Positions 9,146 through 18,155 of a stretch of DNA of 47,835 bases are shown in pieces. The first letter of the stretch is position 1, and every line of letters starts with the position of its first letter. The stretch is from the NCBI GenBank assembly GCA_902478865.1, contig CABSNA010000001.1, positions 1 to 47,835 on the forward strand, written 5' to 3'. Position numbers and translations under genes: made by a program. The notes under the pieces were generated by a model. That model made no database searches. It saw only the letters and a program-made list of their open reading frames with translations, and had not been told where the DNA came from. This stretch comes from an uncultured Collinsella sp. Its GTDB lineage: Bacteria; Actinomycetota; Coriobacteriia; Coriobacteriales; Coriobacteriaceae.

Positions 9146-12100
9146 ATGTCCAACGCACCCACGCACTCTGTCCACAGCGCAATCGCAACAGGTCCGCTGC
9201 TCCTGCTCCTCTTCCTGCTTTTCGGCTGCCTGGCACCGGGAGCCGCATTTGCCGTCGATGGCTACGACCAGCTCGGCTTCCGCACTATTAGCGATGATTG
9301 TGGGCCCTTCCTCATCGGCAAGTATGAAGCTCAAGACGCCTCGATTGCCTACTGCATGAACCAGGAGCGCCCCGGCCCCACCAAGCCGGGCGGCCCATGG
9401 CTCAACTTTGATCAAGGCTGGGTGTGGCTCGACGACGAGTTCGCGGCAATCGTTTGTCACGGATATCCTACCGCCACGTCGTTTGGCGGTTACCATCTTT
9501 CACCCGATCGTGCCCGCGCCGCAACCCAGCTTGCCGTATGGATGCTCAACGGCACTACCCATGTCGACGGTACCTACTCTTACACGACCGCTCAGGGCAA
9601 AACCAAGAGCGGGCACTTTACCGCCGACGATGAAGTCGTGGCGGCGGCGCGGTGGCTCCACGACAGCGCAAAATCAGGAAGCATCAAAGCCGCTCCGCAC
9701 CGCGCGCGGCGCTATCTAGGAGCCGTATCGGGCGGCAGCAAACGTCAGGACATGCTCTATGTACTGCCGGCGGTCTCTGTTTCCTTCCAAAAGCAGTCTG
9801 CAAACGCTGCCATTACCAGCGGAAACAATACTTATCAGTTTGCCGGGGCAACATTCGATGTTTTTGAGAGCGCCAGCGACGCACGTGTTGGCACCATCCA
9901 GATGGACAGCAACGGTCGGGCGCAAGCAACACTTCTGCCCAACACAGCATACTACCTAGTTGAAACGAAGGCGCCGGCCGGCTATGTCCCCCGCCACGAT
10001 CGCATCGCCTTTACCACGGGGAATGACGGCGGGCGGGTCGCCATTGATGAACAGCCCGGCACCATCAACCTGCGTATCGTAAAACTCGATACCGCGACGA
10101 ATGCCGGCCCCCAGGTAGGCTCTTCACTCGCAGGAGCAGAGTTCACGTGTGTGTCGCAATCAACCCCTGGATGGGCGCAAATCCTCACGACCGACGAAAG
10201 CGGTCAGGCCACCCTCGCCGATGTCCCCTTAGGAACCTTTACCATCTACGAATCAAAAGCCCCCGAGGGCTACCTGCCATCCAACGACAGCTGGACCTAT
10301 ACCGTTGGAGCCGACCAGCTCGGCGATTCAGGCGTGGTCGAGATCGAATCTCGCATTTCCGATATCCCCATTGCGTTTGACCTTGAGATTTCCAAATTCA
10401 AGGATTACGGCAATAGCGACCAATCCGGCCTGGAGCAACCGGCGGGTGGTGTTGTCTTTGAGGTTGTCAGCAACAGTTCTCAGCAGGTTGTTGGCACACT
10501 GACCACAAACATCTATGGCTTTGTCTCCACCAAAGATCAGCCCGAAGCATGGTTCGGCACAGGCAAGCGACCCGCCGGTGTCCACGGAGCTGTCCCATAC
10601 GACCGTGCCGGCTACACGATTCGCGAGGTTCCGGAAACCGTCCCCGAGGGTTTTAAACGTGCAGGGGAATGGACCGTCGGGGCCAATCAGATTTCCAACG
10701 GCGCCGAGCTTCAATATATCGTGGACAACCACGCGCTGTCGACGCATCTCCAGATTGTAAAACGCGATGCCCAAACAGGCGCTTCTGTTCCACTAGCCGG
10801 ATTCACCTTCCAACTCCTAGACAGCAATCACGAACCTGTCTCACAAACTTGCTGGTATCCAGCACATAACGTAATGGACACCTTTACGACTGACGCGACC
10901 GGGACCGTCACACTGCCCGAATCGCTCGTGCCGGGCACCTATTATGTACGCGAAACCTCGGCCAAAGAGCCCTATCTTGTCGGCGAAGAGATCGAGGTAA
11001 ACATACCCGCCGACATGAACCTAACGCCCGTTGCAGTCGCCTCGTATTATGACCACGCCGCGACCGGAAACATCAGGATCGTTAAAACCGATGCCATAGA
11101 CGGCAGCAGCCTCGCGGGCGCCGTCTTTGAGATCCGCGCCTCGGGTGATATCGTGCGCCCCGACGGCAGCATTGCCGCGCTCGACGGTGAGACTGTCACG
11201 ACCGTCACGACGGATGAAACTGGAGAAGCACGCGCGGACAACCTCCCACTGGGATCTGGCACCGCACGCTACGAGGTTGTCGAGACTCAAGCGCCGGCAG
11301 GCTTCTTGCTCGATCAGACAACCCATATTGTTGCCCTTACTTATGCCGACCAGAAAACACCCGTTGTAGAAGCACGGCTTAACGTATCCGACGATTACAC
11401 CAAGGTTGATATCTCCAAGGTCGATGCAAGCGGTGAGCAAGAAGTGGAAGGCGCACAGCTCACCTTATATGGTCCCGATAAAACCGAAATAGACTCCTGG
11501 ACCTCATCCGACAAGCCGCATCGCGTCGAACATCTTGCACCCGGCACCTACTCGTTGCGCGAAATGATGTCTCCGCGGACCTATGACCTTGCCGAGGAGA
11601 TAACGTTTGAAATAAAGGATACGGGAGAAGTCCAAACCGTCGCGATGAAGGATGCGCCCATCGAGATCAAGGGACAGGTCGACAAGCGTCAGGAACTTGT
11701 CCAACCTATCGAAAAGGGCCTGTTGGCTAACGGCGATGGTAAAAACCGCGCCACGACGCAAACCAATAGTGATGGGCTTTTCTCCTATACCATCGATGCT
11801 CGAAACGATTCCGCTACTTGGGTTGATGAGTTTACGATTACCGATGATCTTGAGTGCGCCAAAAACGGCACAGCGAGATTCATCTCAATCGAAACCCCCG
11901 TCGCCATCGGCGACCTCAACGGTCTGTGCAACGTATGGTATCGCACGACGCCGTTGGACTCGACAGACGTCGGTGAGCCGGCAAACGCGACACTTGACGA
12001 TGGGCACGAAAATCCTTGGCTTGAGTCCGACGAAGTAAAAGAGAGCCTTGGTGAGGACTGTCGCCTCGTCGATTACGACGGCTGGCACCTCTGGAAGGCG

Positions 12101-12577
12101 GATGTCTCGACCACGGAATCCACCACACTCGAGGCGGAAGAGCTCGACCTTACACCCAATACCGTCGTAACGGGCATTCGAATTGAATACGGTGCGGTAG
12201 CCGCCGACTTTACGACTCGAAGCGATGCGGATTCTTGGACCCGCGATGATCTCAAAGATGAGCACGACGACCTTGACGATGCCAAAGCAATCCTTGGCAC
12301 AGACGCTCGGGGCGCAGTCGTGCACATGCAGGCAACGTCGGCTTATACGCCCCAAACTGCACTCACCAACAGCGCACGCGTCGATCTTTGCCGCAACGGC
12401 GGCGGCGATAAACTTGAGTCACATGACGAGGACTGTGTCATTCAACGCTGTACCCTACCGCAGGACCTACCGGCAACAGGAGCAGTTCCCATCGCCGCTT
12501 GCATCACCGCGTTCCTGACCTCGGGTGCCGCAGCCCTATGGTTCGCTCGCCTTAGGTCGATCCCAAAGAAGCGCTAG
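9146..12577 (+). CDS. Sortase-anchored adhesin with N-terminal thioester (TED/TQXA) domain and tandem SpaA/CnaB isopeptide domains
   Basis: Signal peptide; YCMNQ and TQLAVW motifs; repeated K..LAGAxF..ETKAPxGY units; LPATG (12467-12481) followed by TM and a basic tail. Confidence 0.9.
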   Translation: MSNAPTHSVHSAIATGPLLLLLFLLFGCLAPGAAFAVDGYDQLGFRTISDDCGPFLIGKYEAQDASIAYCMNQERPGPTKPGGPWLNFDQGWVWLDDEFAAIVCHGYPTATSFGGYHLSPDRARAATQLAVWMLNGTTHVDGTYSYTTAQGKTKSGHFTADDEVVAAARWLHDSAKSGSIKAAPHRARRYLGAVSGGSKRQDMLYVLPAVSVSFQKQSANAAITSGNNTYQFAGATFDVFESASDARVGTIQMDSNGRAQATLLPNTAYYLVETKAPAGYVPRHDRIAFTTGNDGGRVAIDEQPGTINLRIVKLDTATNAGPQVGSSLAGAEFTCVSQSTPGWAQILTTDESGQATLADVPLGTFTIYESKAPEGYLPSNDSWTYTVGADQLGDSGVVEIESRISDIPIAFDLEISKFKDYGNSDQSGLEQPAGGVVFEVVSNSSQQVVGTLTTNIYGFVSTKDQPEAWFGTGKRPAGVHGAVPYDRAGYTIREVPETVPEGFKRAGEWTVGANQISNGAELQYIVDNHALSTHLQIVKRDAQTGASVPLAGFTFQLLDSNHEPVSQTCWYPAHNVMDTFTTDATGTVTLPESLVPGTYYVRETSAKEPYLVGEEIEVNIPADMNLTPVAVASYYDHAATGNIRIVKTDAIDGSSLAGAVFEIRASGDIVRPDGSIAALDGETVTTVTTDETGEARADNLPLGSGTARYEVVETQAPAGFLLDQTTHIVALTYADQKTPVVEARLNVSDDYTKVDISKVDASGEQEVEGAQLTLYGPDKTEIDSWTSSDKPHRVEHLAPGTYSLREMMSPRTYDLAEEITFEIKDTGEVQTVAMKDAPIEIKGQVDKRQELVQPIEKGLLANGDGKNRATTQTNSDGLFSYTIDARNDSATWVDEFTITDDLECAKNGTARFISIETPVAIGDLNGLCNVWYRTTPLDSTDVGEPANATLDDGHENPWLESDEVKESLGEDCRLVDYDGWHLWKADVSTTESTTLEAEELDLTPNTVVTGIRIEYGAVAADFTTRSDADSWTRDDLKDEHDDLDDAKAILGTDARGAVVHMQATSAYTPQTALTNSARVDLCRNGGGDKLESHDEDCVIQRCTLPQDLPATGAVPIAACITAFLTSGAAALWFARLRSIPKKR

Positions 12578-12584
12578 CGCGATC

Positions 12585-12622
12585 AAAAAGCGGGCGAGCC
12601 AGTCCCCCGGCTCACCCGCTTT
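12585..12622. terminator. Probable bidirectional terminator between convergent genes
   Basis: Stem aaagcgggcgagcc / ggctcacccgcttt flanked by A and T runs. Confidence 0.75.
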
Positions 12623-12643
12623 CAATCATGTAAATCGCCGTAT

Positions 12644-12862
12644 CTACTCTGCAGACGAAGATCCACCATCAACGATTGCTTGCTCGGACTCAGGAATCCC
12701 ATCAGCACCCGTACTCTGTTCTTGCTCCACCTCTTCGCTGATTGCGGAGGCGGGGGTCGAGCCCTTTGCGCCCACGATGTAGGCAGCCCCAAATCCTAAC
12801 GCAATGGCAATCAAGGTCAAAATCACGTAGACAGGCCAATGGCGCTTAATATACGAAAACAC
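12644..12862 (-). CDS. Small single-pass membrane protein with acidic tail
   Basis: GTG start after AAGGAG; TM WPVYVILTLIAIALGFGAAYIV; directly downstream of the M28-like gene. Confidence 0.75.
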   Translation of the reverse strand: MFSYIKRHWPVYVILTLIAIALGFGAAYIVGAKGSTPASAISEEVEQEQSTGADGIPESEQAIVDGGSSSAE

Positions 12863-12883
12863 GTTGACTCCTTAGAGCTCCGT

Positions 12884-15800
12884 CTACGAACGGCGGATAA
12901 CCTCGGTCACGACCTCGGATACCGTAGCAATGTTCGTCGGGTTGACATTGTGGGGCAGGTCGTCCTCGGTACGAGCGCAAGCCAGACGCGTGCCGTCCAC
13001 GCCGACGATGGTAAGGGCTCGGCGGCTCGCCTCGAGCGCGGCATAGGCATCGGTCTTGGCATAGGGCATCTCGAGCGCGCCACAATCGACATGGAACGAC
13101 TTGCAGACCTTGCTGACCAGGTTCATGATGCGGCGATCGCCCTTGAGCAGTTGTTGTTCGCCCTCGACCGTCACAACCGAAAGCCTACCGGCGCCGACGG
13201 ATTCAAGATTGATAAAGAATACGCCGCGGAGCTTATCGCGATGCGAAGCCAAGAAGGCCTTCATGCCGGCGCCATCACAATCCGAGGCGCCCGTTGCCAC
13301 AAACCAGATATCGTGACCGAGCAGCTCATCATCGCCCATAGAGGCGACAGCCGAGAGCATATCTTCGGAAGAAGCGCCATCGGAAGACGTAGCGCCACCC
13401 TTCCAGCCATCGTTATCGTCCTCGAAGTTATCCCACGAACCGATACCGCGACCGGACTTCTTGGCATCGTAATCGTCTTCGACGCCCAGCCAGTCACTCA
13501 TGCTGTCCTGCTCGTTTTTCTTTTTACGGCCGAACAGACCACCCAGGCCGCGCTTACGAGACTTGGGTGCCGCCGGGGCGGGAGCTGGAATGGTCTCGAT
13601 CGGCTGCGCGCCCGGCGCAACGGGCATAGGAGGCGCAACGGGTGCCGATGTGGGTTCGGGACCTTGGGCGGTAGCAAAGGGGTCGTTGACCTGGGCAGAG
13701 GGATCGGGAAGGTCGAACAGCGACGTGCGAGACGCAACGTTTGCCTGCTTCATAGACGGCAGCGACGGATCGGGGACCGAAGCCAGCGGAGACGAGGAGG
13801 GTGCAGGCGCCGGTGCCGACGCCGGATCGGGAACATTCATCTGCGGACGCGGCGATGCCTGGGAGGAAATCTGGGCCATAAGGGAATCGACCGTTTCGTC
13901 CTGGGTGGGAGCGACATTGGCAACCGTGGCACCGGAACCACTCGGGGTCGGCATGGTGAAAATCTGCGTGGAATAAGGCCTCGACTCATCCGTCTCGGGA
14001 GTCTCGGAAACCGCAGGCACTTCCTCCTGCTCGACCTCGGTCGAATCACCTTGATCGGCTGCCACGTATTGCTCTTCGTCAGAGTTGACCTCAACGGACT
14101 CGTCCTCGGCGGCATCCTGAATTTCGGCAGCATCAATGGGCTCGTCATCGTCTGCCACGTCGTCCTGCTCATCGGAAGCAGGAAGGGGCTCGGCAATCGC
14201 GGTGCCTTGCTTTTCAAACGTTATCGTGGAATCGAACTGCGCGGCATCAAACGACATGGTGCTATCGACGTGCTGCTGGGCCTCGAAAGACGTTGTAGCT
14301 TCGGCGGCGTCGACGGGCGCGGACTGCATAGCCTCGTTCTGCTCGAACTCTTGCGCCGCGTGCTCACGTGCCGCCGCGGCTGCCTGCTGCTGAGCGATAG
14401 CCTCCTGCTCGGCAGCCTCGCGTGCGGCAGCGCGCTTCTCCTCGAAGTCGTCGACAAATTTCTTGCCCTTTGCAAGTGCACCCTTAAAGAAGTTGGAAGC
14501 GCTGGCGCCAATCGACGAGAACGCGGATGCAATGTCGGCATGGGGCGTTGCCGCGGGAATCTCGGCCGAGAAATCAGTATCGCTCTCGTAAGACACGCGC
14601 CTCGGCTGTTCAACGTAATCGTCGTCAGACTCGTCCGCAACGTCTTGTGCCGGCGCGGCGGGAGCCAAAATGTCCAGTCCTGCCGCGGGATCGATCGCGG
14701 ACACCGCCTCGGGCTCGGCAACGGCAGCGGCAACCGCGGCAGACTCATCATCCACGGTGACAGCGGGCGCAGGCGCAGTCACGACGGGGGCAGGCTCGGG
14801 CTCAAACGTCGGCTCCTCGCCCTCCTCGTAATCGAGCGTGCAGGACTCGGGAAGCATTCCGAGCGCACGGATGGCATCCGAACCAAAGCGGATGTTGCCG
14901 GCGGCATTGCGATAGAGCTTGGGCTCGGGCTCGGCCGCGACAGGCTCCTCCACCGGCTCGGCAGCGGAAACCTCGTCATTGAACTCTTCAGCCTGGACAG
15001 CCTGATTCTGATCCTCGGGCACGATGGCGCCAATCAGCGTCTCGTCGGCAGACGCACCCTCAAAGCCCTCGATCTGCTCGTCGAAAGCCTCACCCTGTTC
15101 GGGCTCGGTCTGAGCGTCGGGAACAATCGGCTGACCGAACTCGTCCTCGGCGTAGGTAGGCTCTTCATACTCGATGGTGTTGCCGTAGTCGTTTTGCTGC
15201 TGGGCCGCGGCATATTCCGCCGCTGCGCGCGCCATTTCCTCGGCACGACGCTTCTGCTCCCCAAAATAGGTATCGAACGGAACATCGTCGGGAAACTCGT
15301 TTTCGCCCTGGAAGGGAGCAACGTTGTCCATAACGCCGAGCATAGCGGCGACAGAAGACTTGTTGCACACCGCGCCGGACGTATAGGGAAGAATATGGCG
15401 GTTAGAGATGATGTTTGCCGCGTTGGCAAGTGCAACGAGGGAAGCGAGGATCGCGACAATCCACAGCAGAACCTTGAGCGCGCCGGGGAGCGGCAGGATA
15501 CGCAGGATGGCAACGGCAGCGGGGGCAACCGTGGCAACGGGCAACAGCTTGGCGATGAGCGCACGATACGAAGCATAAGGCTCGCGGGCGAGCAACTCAG
15601 CACGGGGAGAGTCGTAGTGTGCGACAACGACCACCGGGCGGTTACGCGGGGACGCGAGCGGGCCCGAGGCCTTGTGGTAGGCGATGACATTTTGGCTCAC
15701 GCCCGTCTTGCCCAGGCGCGAAACCACGGGGTGCCCTGTGCGTTCGAGCACGTAAAGAACGGCGCCGACAATGGCCAGCAAGGTGCCGACCAAGCCGATA

Positions 15801-16030
15801 CCGCCGCCGATGCCCATCAGCAGGGCGCCGGCAAACGCAAGAATACCGGTAACGGCAAATGCCAACCTACTGGGCGCCGGGGCATTGAACTCCTGAACCT
15901 CGGGGTCAAAGCCGTGGTTGCGGAAGATCTGAGCGATATCTTCGGCAGCCAAGCGCTCTTCTTCGCTGCATGCCGGCGTAATGCCGGTGTTCTGCAGCAG
16001 GTGGTTAATATAGTTCTGGGTGTTCGCCAT
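12884..16030 (-). CDS. Membrane M28 peptidase-like protein with very long acidic insertion, probably inactive
   Basis: NVIA, VVVVAHYDS, GAVCNKSSVA, IWFVATGASD, INLES; four TM segments. ATG at 16030 after GGAG; 1048 aa. Confidence 0.8.
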   Translation of the reverse strand: MANTQNYINHLLQNTGITPACSEEERLAAEDIAQIFRNHGFDPEVQEFNAPAPSRLAFAVTGILAFAGALLMGIGGGIGLVGTLLAIVGAVLYVLERTGHPVVSRLGKTGVSQNVIAYHKASGPLASPRNRPVVVVAHYDSPRAELLAREPYASYRALIAKLLPVATVAPAAVAILRILPLPGALKVLLWIVAILASLVALANAANIISNRHILPYTSGAVCNKSSVAAMLGVMDNVAPFQGENEFPDDVPFDTYFGEQKRRAEEMARAAAEYAAAQQQNDYGNTIEYEEPTYAEDEFGQPIVPDAQTEPEQGEAFDEQIEGFEGASADETLIGAIVPEDQNQAVQAEEFNDEVSAAEPVEEPVAAEPEPKLYRNAAGNIRFGSDAIRALGMLPESCTLDYEEGEEPTFEPEPAPVVTAPAPAVTVDDESAAVAAAVAEPEAVSAIDPAAGLDILAPAAPAQDVADESDDDYVEQPRRVSYESDTDFSAEIPAATPHADIASAFSSIGASASNFFKGALAKGKKFVDDFEEKRAAAREAAEQEAIAQQQAAAAAREHAAQEFEQNEAMQSAPVDAAEATTSFEAQQHVDSTMSFDAAQFDSTITFEKQGTAIAEPLPASDEQDDVADDDEPIDAAEIQDAAEDESVEVNSDEEQYVAADQGDSTEVEQEEVPAVSETPETDESRPYSTQIFTMPTPSGSGATVANVAPTQDETVDSLMAQISSQASPRPQMNVPDPASAPAPAPSSSPLASVPDPSLPSMKQANVASRTSLFDLPDPSAQVNDPFATAQGPEPTSAPVAPPMPVAPGAQPIETIPAPAPAAPKSRKRGLGGLFGRKKKNEQDSMSDWLGVEDDYDAKKSGRGIGSWDNFEDDNDGWKGGATSSDGASSEDMLSAVASMGDDELLGHDIWFVATGASDCDGAGMKAFLASHRDKLRGVFFINLESVGAGRLSVVTVEGEQQLLKGDRRIMNLVSKVCKSFHVDCGALEMPYAKTDAYAALEASRRALTIVGVDGTRLACARTEDDLPHNVNPTNIATVSEVVTEVIRRS

Positions 16031-16228
16031 GTGCGCTCCACATCCATAATCCGACAAATAGGCCCAATGCATGCACATTAGAACCGTATATAGTCGAAAG
16101 TATACCCCGAGCGAGCGCAAACGACCGAATTCGGGCCATCTTAACGCCCCGAGCGGACAAGGATATAGCCTAATCTCCATATCGGACTAAAATCATGGCA
16201 GCAAACCACCTTCTCATGCGAGGACTCT

Positions 16229-17251
16229 ATGACGGCAAGCGACACGACCGAGACAATTAAAAAGGGAAATTCGGAGCCCAGTTTCGATAAAACGGTTCAG
16301 CGCATCCTCAATCTTTTCTTTGTGCTCAATAGCTCCCCCGAACCGCTGACGACCGAGCAGATCGTCTTGGATTCTGACCTGGGATATGGCTCGGGCAATA
16401 TCGACTCGGATAAGCGCAAGTTTCGACGCGATCGTGACAAGCTGCTCGAACGCGGCATCTTAATCAAGGAGGTTCGCCCCACCGGCGCGCAGGAGACCGA
16501 GGAAAGCTCGTGGACAATCGACCGCGAGCACACGTTTGCGGCAGGCGGCCTCATTACCGCAGACGACGCCGATATCCTGCTCAACGCCATCGACCAGACA
16601 CTAGCGGCCGGCTCATCCACTTTTGCCGCACCGCTTGCCGATATTCGCTCCAAGATTGCCTATCTCACCGGCAGGACGACGGTAGACGAGGCGCCGATCA
16701 GCCGCTCTCCCACCGTCGATGCGGTATGGAGCGCCTTTGCCGAGCGATGCGCGCTGCGATTTTTATATCAGAACGGACGCGGCGAGCAGAAAGAACGTAC
16801 CGTCTGCGTCTACGGCATGTTCGAGCGCGAGGGCGTGGCGTACTTCTGCGGCCTCGACAATGCCACCGACGACATCAGGACATTCCGCTGCGACCGTATC
16901 GTTCGCGCTTGGCGTCCTTCGAAGGCCTACGCCATCCCTGCAGACTTCAATCTCAACGACTATCTGTTCTTTGAATTCGATTTTGCCGACCGACCGCCCG
17001 TTGCAGCCACGTTCTCGTTCGGTCCTCAGACGCAGATCGATATGATCAACGGCCTCACGCGCGGGCGAGGTGAGCTCGCACACACCGATGCGGGATGGAC
17101 CTGGACCGTTGACGTGCGTGACCTTGAAGCCGCCGCCTCATTTTGCATGGCCCACGCCATGGACGGCATGAGGCCCATGGCCCCCAAATCGCTCAAGCAG
17201 GCGTGGAACCACCTCATTGAAAGGACGGTGCACGAGCATGCCCGTGCGTAA
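16229..17251 (+). CDS. wHTH-WYL-WCX transcriptional regulator, PafB-like
   Basis: RILNL..PLTTEQI..KRKFRRDRDKLLERGILI wHTH; WYL domain ERTVCVYGM..AYFCG..IRTFRCDRI. Confidence 0.85.
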   Translation: MTASDTTETIKKGNSEPSFDKTVQRILNLFFVLNSSPEPLTTEQIVLDSDLGYGSGNIDSDKRKFRRDRDKLLERGILIKEVRPTGAQETEESSWTIDREHTFAAGGLITADDADILLNAIDQTLAAGSSTFAAPLADIRSKIAYLTGRTTVDEAPISRSPTVDAVWSAFAERCALRFLYQNGRGEQKERTVCVYGMFEREGVAYFCGLDNATDDIRTFRCDRIVRAWRPSKAYAIPADFNLNDYLFFEFDFADRPPVAATFSFGPQTQIDMINGLTRGRGELAHTDAGWTWTVDVRDLEAAASFCMAHAMDGMRPMAPKSLKQAWNHLIERTVHEHARA

Positions 17252-18155
17252 ACTCACCAGCGAGCAGAGACTCTCGCGCGCCATCGACATCATGGAGGCC
17301 CTCTACGCCGCCGGCGATGGCGGCATGACACGAACCGAGATTTGCAGCCGCTTTGACATCACGGGGGCGTCGCTCGACGAGATTCTCGAGATCGTCTCGA
17401 CGCTCGCGGACCGAGAATCGGGCGCGCGCATCATCTGCGAATGCCGCGGCGACCGCGTGGCCCTCACTGGTGACGCCGGGCGCGTGCTGCCGTTGCGCCT
17501 GAGTGCCGCCGAGGGCGCTGTGCTCAACCATGAACTTGAATCGTTGGGGATCGAGCCGCAGACGGCAGCTCGGATTCGACATGCCCTTCTGCCCGAAGAG
17601 CTCGGCTATAACCAACGCGTCTTTGACACCGTCAACCACGGGTCGCACTGGCAGCAGCTGAGCTGCGCCATTCAGGACGGCGTTCGCTGTCGCATCTCGT
17701 ATCGCTCGATGGACGATGCACGGCCACGCGAGCGTCTGGTCGACCCCTTGCGCATTACGGCAAACGGCGACCAAACATACCTGATTGCCTGGGACATCAC
17801 AGTCGATGAGCAGCGCACCTATCGCATGGATAAAATCGAGGGACTCGCCTTGACGGAAGACTCCGTCGTGCCTCACGCACCGGACGTCGCATCCCTCCAC
17901 GATTCCCTTGCCCGGACGCAGCATAGCGCAAAGCTCCTGATGCCATTCGATATGGCGGAGCATCTGGACTGGGCCGGCATCACCCTAATCGAGCGCAGCG
18001 GGACAGACACGGCAACGGTAACCGTGCATTACGGCTCCGAGCGTTGGCTACTGAGCCAGATAATCGCAGCGGGCGGAGCCATCCGCATCTTGGATGACCC
18101 CGCCCTGTCAAAGCGTCTGTGCGATATGGCAAAAACCCTCGTCTGTCCGCTTTAG
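17238..18155 (+). CDS. wHTH-WYL-WCX transcriptional regulator, PafC-like
   Basis: PLRLSAAE linker; ISYRS..RERLVDPLRI..TYLIAW..RTYRMDKI. Start overlaps the upstream WYL gene. Confidence 0.85.
   Translation: MPVRKLTSEQRLSRAIDIMEALYAAGDGGMTRTEICSRFDITGASLDEILEIVSTLADRESGARIICECRGDRVALTGDAGRVLPLRLSAAEGAVLNHELESLGIEPQTAARIRHALLPEELGYNQRVFDTVNHGSHWQQLSCAIQDGVRCRISYRSMDDARPRERLVDPLRITANGDQTYLIAWDITVDEQRTYRMDKIEGLALTEDSVVPHAPDVASLHDSLARTQHSAKLLMPFDMAEHLDWAGITLIERSGTDTATVTVHYGSERWLLSQIIAAGGAIRILDDPALSKRLCDMAKTLVCPL

Noticed and set aside
8451..12577. Intact integrative element at tRNA-Gly carrying the adhesin
   Set aside because: The att-like duplications enclose only 131-192 bp, the adhesin is on the opposite side of the tRNA, and no integrase is present.
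12839..16081. 1080-aa plus-strand ORF, and similar long antisense ORFs at 7167-8900, 31822-33990, 34901-36958, 37327-39480 and 41410-43890
   Set aside because: Shadow frames opposite well-supported genes, expected from high-GC codon bias; no recognisable motifs.
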